From contig JAFPCP010000029.1 in NCBI GenBank assembly GCA_017423825.1, positions 15,521 to 79,520 of the forward strand: 64,000 bases of DNA, written 5' to 3'. Positions 20,695-28,665 of this stretch are shown here, in pieces. The number at the start of each line of letters is the position of its first letter. Position 1 is the stretch's first letter. A model generated the notes under the pieces. The model was given only the letters and a program-made list of their open reading frames with translations, made no database searches and was not told where the DNA came from. The DNA is from Clostridia bacterium (GTDB lineage Bacteria > Bacillota > Clostridia > Oscillospirales > Acutalibacteraceae). The translations under genes and the position numbers were made by a program.

Positions 20695-21570
20695 ATGCAG
20701 TATATTGTGATGGATTTAGAGTGGAACGGGGGATATTCCTCCCGTGCCCACGGCTATTTTAATGAAATCATCGAAATAGGCGCCGTTAAGATAGGGAGCA
20801 ATTTGCAAATAACCGACCGCTTTCGTGCGGCGGTGCGCCCGACCGTTAACAAGAAACTGTCCGGCATCGTCTCTAATCTCACGAACATCACCACCGAGGA
20901 GTTGGAGGATGGCACGACTTTTGATAAAATGATGCGGGATTTTGCCGGTTGGATTGGACCGGAAGACTCGGTGCTGTTGACTTGGAGCACCACGGATTTG
21001 TTGGTGCTTATGGAAAATTGTCGCTTCTTTTATCAAAAACAGGAAATCCCCTTTTTAAGACACTATATGGATTTTCAGGCGTACGCCCAGCGGCGTATGC
21101 AGGTGGATGCGTCACAGCAGATAGGGCTTGCGCGGGCTGGTGAACTGTTAGGCATCTCGGAAGACGCGCTGTCGCTGCATCGGGCATTGGATGACAGCGT
21201 GCTGACGGCGCAGATTTTGCAACGGGTGTATGAACCGGAATCTTTTGCGGCAGCCATTCAGAAGGTGGATGCGGAGTTTTATCGGCGCATCACTTTCAAG
21301 ACCACCATTATTAGCGACATCGACAACCCGCTTGTCAAGCGTAGCGAGATGACGTTTCGCTGTCCCGAGTGTGGCCGCAACCTGCGGCGTGCGGGGAATT
21401 GGCGGTTTCGCAGTCGGGCATTTTGCGCGGATTTCGTCTGCAAAGCCTGTGATAAAAAATACCACGGACGCATCCAATGCCGCCTGAAATATGAGGGCGT
21501 GGAGATGCGCAAACGCTTGGAAGAAGTTGTGCCCAAACCGGCAGAAGAGCAAGAAACAGCCGCTTTGTAA
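20695..21570 (+). CDS. DEDDh 3'-5' exonuclease (KapD-like) with C-terminal Cys-rich zinc-ribbon tail
   Basis: Exo I MDLEWN, Exo II WSTTDLLVL, Exo III HRALDDSV. The tail carries CPECG...CADFVCKACDKKYHG. Confidence 0.8.
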   Translation: MQYIVMDLEWNGGYSSRAHGYFNEIIEIGAVKIGSNLQITDRFRAAVRPTVNKKLSGIVSNLTNITTEELEDGTTFDKMMRDFAGWIGPEDSVLLTWSTTDLLVLMENCRFFYQKQEIPFLRHYMDFQAYAQRRMQVDASQQIGLARAGELLGISEDALSLHRALDDSVLTAQILQRVYEPESFAAAIQKVDAEFYRRITFKTTIISDIDNPLVKRSEMTFRCPECGRNLRRAGNWRFRSRAFCADFVCKACDKKYHGRIQCRLKYEGVEMRKRLEEVVPKPAEEQETAAL

Positions 21571-21618
21571 CGCACATTGGACGGCCTTTTCTCGTACAAT
21601 GGTATGAGGTGATGGGAA

Positions 21619-22305
21619 ATGGCTGTCGGCAAAAGAAGGCGGCGCAAAACGCATGGCTTTTGGCGTGTTTTGATTGCGTTGACGGTCGTGTTCGTTTTGC
21701 TTGTGATGGCATTTTTTCGTTGCCGTCCGGTGGTGACGGCGTTTGCCGAAAGTCAAGCGGTGTGGCTGGCCACAAAGGCGACCAATCAAACGGTGGCAGA
21801 AATTTTGGAAGAAAAGGCCGAATTAGCCGATTCCATGATAGAGGTTAGTTACAACGACCAGCAGATACTGGCGGCTGTGATGACCGATACGATGGCCGTC
21901 AACACGCTGAAAACGGCCATCACCAAATCCATTATACAAAAATTGGAGGGTATGGTCTCCATCACGGTGGGCATTCCGTTGGGTACGCTGGCAGGGTTGG
22001 ATTGGCTTAGCGGCTGGGGGCCGCTGATATCCATCCCCATGAGTGTTACCAGCACCGTGCTGTCGAATGTTTCATCCAGTCTGGAAGCCGCCGGTATGAA
22101 CCAAACCAATTATCGCGTGCTTATTAACGTACAGGTGGAGATGTATTTGGTCACACCGGGTGGTCGTTCGTCCGTAGCGGCGGATTTTTCGTATCCCATG
22201 GCTCAGGCTGTGCTATTGGGCGACGTGCCGGAGAATTTGACCGAAGTGTATGGGGACGATCAGACTTTGTTGGGAAAAATATTTGACTATGGCACGGGGG
22301 AATAA
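21619..22305 (+). CDS. yunB: sporulation protein YunB
   Basis: N-terminal basic stretch plus TM, and a central IPLGTLAGLDWLSGWGPLISIP resembling B. subtilis YunB IPLGQVTGNSLLGNLGPKIPV. Confidence 0.75.
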   Translation: MAVGKRRRRKTHGFWRVLIALTVVFVLLVMAFFRCRPVVTAFAESQAVWLATKATNQTVAEILEEKAELADSMIEVSYNDQQILAAVMTDTMAVNTLKTAITKSIIQKLEGMVSITVGIPLGTLAGLDWLSGWGPLISIPMSVTSTVLSNVSSSLEAAGMNQTNYRVLINVQVEMYLVTPGGRSSVAADFSYPMAQAVLLGDVPENLTEVYGDDQTLLGKIFDYGTGE

Positions 22306-22337
22306 TTGCGTTTTAGTGCCGCATACTGCGAATATAA

Positions 22338-24338
<2,001 letters not shown>

Positions 24339-24341
24339 TGG

Positions 24342-24378
24342 TTTCGGGGGTTGTTTTTGCAACCCCCGAAAAATTTTT
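24342..24378 (+). terminator. rho-independent terminator of ligA
   Basis: TTTCGGGGGTTG-loop-CAACCCCCGAAA followed by AATTTTT. Confidence 0.8.
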
Positions 24379-24395
24379 AATCCAAGGAAAAAACA

Positions 24396-24424
24396 TTGCA
24401 TTTTAGCTGATGATGTGGTATAAT
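24396..24424 (+). promoter_or_regulatory. extended -10 sigma-A promoter of tRNA-Leu
   Basis: TTGCAT (24396-24401), 17 nt, TGgTATAAT (24416-24424). Confidence 0.7.
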
Positions 24425-24443
24425 CCTTTCAGTTTTGAAATTT

Positions 24444-24526
24444 GCGGGCGTGGTGGAATGGCAGACACGCTGGTCTTAGGAGCCAGTGCCTCGTGCGTGC
24501 GAGTTCGACCCTCGCCGCCCGCACCA
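24444..24526 (+). tRNA. tRNA-Leu (anticodon UAG), type II long variable arm
   Basis: Acceptor GCGGGCG/CGCCCGC, anticodon loop CTTAGGA, T-arm GCGAG-TTCGACC-CTCGC, encoded CCA. Confidence 0.92.
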
Positions 24527-24530
24527 AAAA

Positions 24531-24567
24531 AATAAGGAAAACCTTTTGGGTTTCCTTATTTTTTTGT
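24531..24567 (+). terminator. rho-independent terminator of tRNA-Leu
   Basis: AATAAGGAAA...TTTCCTTATT followed by a T-run. Confidence 0.8.
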
Positions 24568-24720
24568 TCTGTGAAGTTGGTTTGTCTGTTCGACCGAGGT
24601 TTATGAGACCGAAAGGCGAATAACTTGTAGCGTTGCCGAGCGGGTCTGGTGGACGATGCAGCGATGCAAAAGTTGCTGCCGCGGTCAAAATGTGCCGAAC
24701 GGTAGTGAGATAAGCGCGTT

Positions 24721-24771
24721 TCGGGCACCGCAAAGGTATGGTCGCAGGTTCGAATCTCGCCCCCGCAACCA
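24721..24771 (+). pseudogene. decayed 3' portion of an initiator tRNA-Met (fMet) gene; no 5' half present
   Basis: GGTCGCAGGTTCGAATCTCGCCCCCGCAACCA (24740-24771) matches the recalled bacterial initiator tRNA 3' end GGTCGCAGGTTCAAATCCTGCCCCCGCAACCA at all but 3 positions. An upstream TCGGGC remnant of the anticodon stem survives. The T-stem no longer pairs and there is no CGCGGGG 5' acceptor or D-arm. Confidence 0.5.
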
Positions 24772-24885
24772 AAATTTTAGACTCGTTTTCGGGGACTATT
24801 ATTAAGTTGAAAAGTAAAAGCTTTTGAGATGTTTTAGTTGCAGCAGTGTGAATGATGTTGAATTCTCATATAAGGGGTACTGAAT

Positions 24886-25887
24886 ATGAAAACAGCGTAC
24901 GATCACAGCAAGAAATTGATACAAAAGGTTACGCCGCGGATGTCTTATAACGGAGGCGATTTCCGAGAATGGCAGGCTTCGGCCAGAAACAAGCTTTCAC
25001 AGCTTCTGGGCATGGATAAGTTTGAAATGGTCGATTTGGATTTTAATATAGAATATCAAAATAAGATCGACGGAGCGACAGAAATCCGCTTCACATATCA
25101 AAGCGAGGCCGGATATCGTGTGCCATGTCATCTGCTGCTTCCCGATGGAATTGAGAAGCCGCCGGTGATGATTTGCCTTCAGGGTCACTCCACAGGAATG
25201 CACATTTCTTTGGGAAGGCCGAAATTTGAAGGAGATGAGAATTCCATAAAAGGCGGGGACCGGGATTTTTGCATTAGAGCAGTCAAAGAGGGGTTTGCGG
25301 CAATTGCGTTGGAACAACGAAATTTTGGCGAATGCGGCGGTAGCGAAAAAGGCCCGAATTGCATGGAGTCGAGCATGACAGCGCTTCTCATGGGAAGAAC
25401 AACGTTGGGCGAACGTGTGTGGGATATTTCAAGATTGCTTGATGTGATTGAAACGGAGTTTGCAGATCAGGTAGACACAACGAAGATTTGCTGTATGGGA
25501 AATTCCGGCGGAGGCACCGCAACCGCATACGCTGCAGCGCTTGAAGACCGGATTATTCTGGCAATGCCTTCGTGTGCCATGTGCACATTTAAACAGTCTA
25601 TTGGCGCAATGTTTCACTGTGTCTGCAATTATGTACCCACTATTGCGCAATATTTTGATATGAATGACCTTATAGCAATGGCATATCCTAAATATTATAT
25701 CCAGGTATCCGGCATAGAGGATCCTGCTTTTCCGCTGGTTGGCGCCGAAACCGTTTTTATAAAAGGAAAGCGGGCTTACGAAGCAATGCAAGCGGGAAAT
25801 CGTTGTACGCTGGTTAAAGGTAACGGTGCACATAGATTTTATGCAGATGATTCATGGCCTGTTGTGCACAAATATCTTGGCGTCTGA
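24886..25887 (+). CDS. alpha/beta-fold hydrolase (esterase-like)
   Basis: 333 aa with nucleophile elbow GNSGG. Lower GC than flanking core genes by eye. The family was not resolved further. Confidence 0.6.
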   Translation: MKTAYDHSKKLIQKVTPRMSYNGGDFREWQASARNKLSQLLGMDKFEMVDLDFNIEYQNKIDGATEIRFTYQSEAGYRVPCHLLLPDGIEKPPVMICLQGHSTGMHISLGRPKFEGDENSIKGGDRDFCIRAVKEGFAAIALEQRNFGECGGSEKGPNCMESSMTALLMGRTTLGERVWDISRLLDVIETEFADQVDTTKICCMGNSGGGTATAYAAALEDRIILAMPSCAMCTFKQSIGAMFHCVCNYVPTIAQYFDMNDLIAMAYPKYYIQVSGIEDPAFPLVGAETVFIKGKRAYEAMQAGNRCTLVKGNGAHRFYADDSWPVVHKYLGV

Positions 25888-25914
25888 ATCCGTCCAACTT
25901 GCCAAAAAAGAAAT

Positions 25915-25949
25915 CTCTTTTGTCTACCAAGACAAGAGAGGCTTCTTTG
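25915..25949 (+). terminator. rho-independent terminator
   Basis: CTCTTTTGTC-TACCAA-GACAAGAGAG (10 bp, one G-U) followed by a T-rich tail. Confidence 0.6.
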
Positions 25950-25956
25950 CGTTGTG

Positions 25957-25985
25957 TTGAAAATTTCATACTTTTGTAGTATAAT
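25957..25985 (+). promoter_or_regulatory. sigma-A type promoter
   Basis: TTGAAA (25957-25962), 17 nt, TATAAT (25980-25985). Confidence 0.65.
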
Positions 25986-26022
25986 CAATTCAACAAATAA
26001 GAATCCGACGGAGGCACATGTT

Positions 26023-26349
26023 ATGGAAAACATCTTTTCGGTAATACTTGGTGTGGTATGTGTCATTATTGGCCTTTCAAACAGAAAGGGCAATATTTCT
26101 CTGCTGCATTCTTATCATAGAAAACGAGTGTCCGAAGAAGATAAACTACCATTTGGCAAACTGGTTGGTTTGGGAACAATCATCATTGGTGTTGCTCTGA
26201 TTTTGATGGGTGTTCTATCTTTTTTGGCAACCAGTTTGCAGGATAGAATATTTTCAATTATTGGAACGGTTATTTTAATTGTGGGTTTGGTTTCAGGTTT
26301 AGGCATTAGTTTCTATGCCATGATTAAATACAATAAGGGGATTTTCTGA
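26023..26349 (+). CDS. small three-TM membrane protein (DUF3784-like)
   Basis: MENIFSVILGVVCVIIGLSNRKGNISLLHSYHRKRVSEEDK... with GGAGG 8 nt upstream of the ATG at 26023. Family assignment is from memory only. Confidence 0.55.
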   Translation: MENIFSVILGVVCVIIGLSNRKGNISLLHSYHRKRVSEEDKLPFGKLVGLGTIIIGVALILMGVLSFLATSLQDRIFSIIGTVILIVGLVSGLGISFYAMIKYNKGIF

Positions 26350-26440
26350 TTACCGAATTCCAATTTCTCGAATAGTCCCGTTGCGCACCTTTTTGCTTTT
26401 CTTACCTACATTTACATACCGTTTAGTTGTTCTTAGGAAT

Positions 26441-26482
26441 AAAAGGGATGCATCGTTGGGGCACCCTCCGTAAGGAAGGTGC
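26441..26482 (+). repeat. left copy of a ~42-nt inverted repeat (hairpin with GTAA tetraloop)
   Basis: AAAAGGGATGCATCGTTGGGGCACCCTCCGTAAGGAAGGTGC. It matches the reverse complement of 27175-27216 at 32 of 42 positions, with an identical 13-nt core CTCCGTAAGGAAG (26466-26478). Confidence 0.8.
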
Positions 26483-26509
26483 TTTAACGACGATATACTC
26501 ATTAATAAA

Positions 26510-26536
26510 GAAAAGCCGTGAATTTCACGGCTTTTC
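26510..26536. terminator. palindromic terminator overlapping the RHH gene stop
   Basis: GAAAAGCCGTGAA-T-TTCACGGCTTTTC. Confidence 0.65.
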
Positions 26537-26680
26537 TTCGTTTAGAGCTTTTATGTGTTGTTTTAAGATGATGTTTATATATTGAGAAAGTGAACGATCA
26601 TCCAGTTCGGCTCTTTCTTTTAATTTTGCTAAAACATCATTATCTATGGTTATACTTATTTTCTCCTTCAAAGGTTTCAT
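26525..26680 (-). CDS. 51-aa ribbon-helix-helix (CopG/antitoxin-like) DNA-binding protein (not in ORF track)
   Basis: GAGGTGG RBS. MKPLKEKISITIDNDVLAKLKERAELDDRSLSQYINIILKQHIKALNEEKP shows the beta-strand (ISITID) plus two-helix pattern typical of RHH. Confidence 0.65.
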   Translation of the reverse strand: MKPLKEKISITIDNDVLAKLKERAELDDRSLSQYINIILKQHIKALNEEKP

Positions 26681-26700
26681 TTTACCACCTCAAAAATATT

Positions 26701-26760
26701 ATAGGATAAAGAACTCCATAATATTGACAAATCGCACAAAGTAGTATAAAATAGGATAAA
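26701..26760. repeat. two direct copies of ATAGGATAAA in the divergent promoter region (candidate operators)
   Basis: Copies at 26701-26710 and 26751-26760, 50 bp apart. Each abuts or overlaps a -10 element of one of the two divergent promoters. Confidence 0.5.
26724..26752 (+). promoter_or_regulatory. sigma-A type promoter of the zinc-ribbon membrane protein gene
   Basis: TTGACA (26724-26729), 17 nt, TAAAAT (26747-26752). Confidence 0.6.
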
Positions 26761-26780
26761 ATGTTGAAAGAGGTGATATT

Positions 26781-27068
26781 ATGGCATTAAATGCAAAATG
26801 TCCTAAATGCGGTAGTACAAAAGTCCAATTATCTAACGAATCAAGTAAACACGGTTGTTTGTATATGGTTCTTTTTGGTATTTGGTATTTTATGTGGCTT
26901 ATGTGTAAGTGGTGTATTGGTATGATGGTGTTCTTCTGCTATGATTGGTGGATGGCAATCGTACATAAGGCATCAGGTAAAGGTCATGTATGGCAATCAA
27001 AAAGATGGTTCTCAAATCGTAGAAAAATCTATTTCTGTCATGATTGCGGACATAATTTTAGAGCGTAA
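26781..27068 (+). CDS. 95-aa membrane protein with split zinc ribbon (CPKCG ... two TM helices ... CHDCG)
   Basis: GAGGTG RBS, N-terminal CxxC, C-terminal CxxC, and a W/F/M/C-rich hydrophobic hairpin between them. No family recognised. Confidence 0.65.
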   Translation: MALNAKCPKCGSTKVQLSNESSKHGCLYMVLFGIWYFMWLMCKWCIGMMVFFCYDWWMAIVHKASGKGHVWQSKRWFSNRRKIYFCHDCGHNFRA

Positions 27069-27123
27069 TAAAAACAAACTTTATATTTTGAGATTAGTAT
27101 AATTTCAAAGTATGTAACCCACT

Positions 27124-27157
27124 ATGACACTTTCAAGTTTTGAAAGTGTCATTTTTA
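27124..27157 (+). terminator. rho-independent terminator
   Basis: ATGACACTTTCAA-GTT-TTGAAAGTGTCAT followed by TTTTAT. Confidence 0.85.
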
Positions 27158-27174
27158 TATGCAAGAAAAGGGAG

Positions 27175-27216
27175 ACAACTTCCTTACGGAGTGTCTCCCT
27201 TTGGTGCGTCCCTTTT
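27175..27216 (-). repeat. right copy (inverted) of the ~42-nt hairpin repeat
   Basis: The reverse complement reads AAAAGGGACGCACCAAAGGGAGACACTCCGTAAGGAAGTTGT, with the core at 27179-27191. The stem sequence differs from the left copy but still pairs (GGGAGACA/TGTCTCCC). Confidence 0.8.
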
Positions 27217-27230
27217 TTTGAAATATTTCC

Positions 27231-27259
27231 TTGACATCTTTTGGGAAATGTGCTAGTAT
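27231..27259 (+). promoter_or_regulatory. extended -10 sigma-A promoter of the aromatic operon leader
   Basis: TTGACA (27231-27236), 17 nt including TGc, TAGTAT (27254-27259). Confidence 0.65.
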
Positions 27260-27291
27260 TAGCACATTAAAGAAGTGAAGGGGTGAACGGA

Positions 27292-27366
27292 ATGTTCTTT
27301 ATAAGCTATTATTTTTATTACTTTAAGAAGGGCTGTCCGTTCTCTCATGCGTGCTGTGTCAGATAA
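27292..27366 (+). CDS. 24-codon Phe/Tyr-rich leader peptide (not in ORF track)
   Basis: AAGGGGTG SD 6 nt upstream. MFFISYYFYYFKKGCPFSHACCVR has 8 of residues 2-11 aromatic (5 F and 4 Y in total). The stop codon lies in the loop of a 7-bp hairpin. Confidence 0.6.
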   Translation: MFFISYYFYYFKKGCPFSHACCVR

Positions 27367-27399
27367 ACACAGCTATCGTCATGTATAGTAACGAACAGT

Positions 27400-27451
27400 C
27401 CGCAACGGCGTGTGCTCATTCAAGAGCATACGTAGGTATGCGGATTTTTTT
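27400..27451 (+). terminator. candidate attenuator terminator (composite hairpin + T7)
   Basis: CCGCA/TGCGG (27400-27404 / 27439-27443) encloses an 8-bp helix GTGTGCTC/GAGCATAC, followed by A+TTTTTTT (27445-27451). An alternative 6-bp helix GCATAC/GTATGC competes. The first operon gene starts 20 nt later. Confidence 0.5.
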
Positions 27452-27471
27452 ATTGAAACGGAGATGAAGGT

Positions 27472-28665
27472 ATGATTTCACAAGAAATGTTAGCACTTGG
27501 CAAGAAAAGTTCGGTTATTCGGGAGATTTTTGAATATTCCAAGGTGCGCCGGGCGGAAATCGGGGATGAAAACGTGTTTGATTACAGCCTCGGTAACCCG
27601 AGTATACCCGCACCGCAGAAGATTGGAGAAACGATGCAGACGTTGCTGCGCGAAATGAACCCGGTGGACTTGCACGGATACACCTCTGCGCCTGGCGATA
27701 TGACGGTGCGGCGCAAGATTGCTGAAAGCATTACCGCTCGTTTTGGTGTGCCCGCCGATCCTGCCTTGATTTACATGACTTGTGGTGCGGCCGCGTCGCT
27801 GACGATCACCTTGCGTGCACTGACAACGCCGGGGGATGAGGTCGTTTTGTTGGCCCCGTATTTTCCGGAATATCAGGTGTTTGTGCGCAATGCCGGTGCG
27901 GTTCCGCAGACGGTGTGTTGTCGGCCGGGCGACTTTGATTTGGACATTGACGCGTTGGCGGCGGCGATTGGTCCGCGCACACGGGCGCTTATTTTGAATT
28001 CGCCCAACAACCCTTCCGGTGCCGTGTTTTCGGCGCAGAGCATCGAGCGCTTAGCCGACCTGTTGCGGGAAAAGACCGCCCAGATTGGCCATCCCATCAC
28101 CATTATTGCCGACGAGCCGTATCGCGAGTTGGTGTACGATGGGGTTGAGGTGCCGTATGTGCCGGCCTATTATGACGATACGGTTGTGTGCTATTCATAC
28201 AGCAAATCGCTCTCTTTGCCCGGTGAGCGCATTGGCTATATTGCGGTTTCGCCGCGTATGCCGATGGCGGGGGACGTGTTTGCGGCGGTTTGCGGTGCCG
28301 GGCGTAGCATGGGATACGTGTGTGCGCCGAGCCTTTTGCAACATACCGTGGCGTTGTGCGGAGACGTGAAACCGGATTTGTCGGCTTATGACCGTAACCG
28401 CACGCGGTTGTATACCGCCCTGACAGAGATGGGCTATGAGGCGGTACAGCCCAAAGGCGCGTTTTACCTGTTTGTGAAAGCGTTGGAAGAGAACGCGGCG
28501 TCTTTTTGTGAAAAGGCGAAGCAATTCGAACTGTTGCTGGTGCCGAGCGATGATTTCGGTGTTCCCGGCTATGTGCGGATTGCCTATTGCGTGGATTATG
28601 AACGCATTGAACGCTCTTTGCCGGCTTTCCGGCAGTTGTATGCGGCGTATAACGAGGGGAAATGA
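27472..28665 (+). CDS. class I/II PLP-dependent aminotransferase (aromatic/aspartate type)
   Basis: YSYSKSLSLPGERIGY (PLP lysine) and NPSGAV motifs. First gene of the aromatic operon. Confidence 0.88.
   Translation: MISQEMLALGKKSSVIREIFEYSKVRRAEIGDENVFDYSLGNPSIPAPQKIGETMQTLLREMNPVDLHGYTSAPGDMTVRRKIAESITARFGVPADPALIYMTCGAAASLTITLRALTTPGDEVVLLAPYFPEYQVFVRNAGAVPQTVCCRPGDFDLDIDALAAAIGPRTRALILNSPNNPSGAVFSAQSIERLADLLREKTAQIGHPITIIADEPYRELVYDGVEVPYVPAYYDDTVVCYSYSKSLSLPGERIGYIAVSPRMPMAGDVFAAVCGAGRSMGYVCAPSLLQHTVALCGDVKPDLSAYDRNRTRLYTALTEMGYEAVQPKGAFYLFVKALEENAASFCEKAKQFELLLVPSDDFGVPGYVRIAYCVDYERIERSLPAFRQLYAAYNEGK

Noticed and set aside
24568-24771. Possibility that this region is a tmRNA, tRNA-Sec or an intron-containing tRNA
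   Set aside because: There is no GGGG... 5' acceptor partner, no G3-U70, no UCA anticodon loop with U33 and no tag reading frame. The length (about 200 nt) and the missing 5' half fit none of these. The 3' end matches initiator tRNA instead.
24429-24772. Two minus-strand ORFs (99 and 98 aa) over tRNA-Leu and the tRNA-fMet relic
   Set aside because: They overlap a tRNA gene and its terminator and show no coding signals.
27260-27471. T-box or other known riboswitch upstream of the aromatic operon
   Set aside because: I found no GGTGGTACC-type T-box core, no specifier-loop architecture, and no recognisable aptamer core. The leader-peptide explanation fits better, but it needs a covariance-model scan to confirm.
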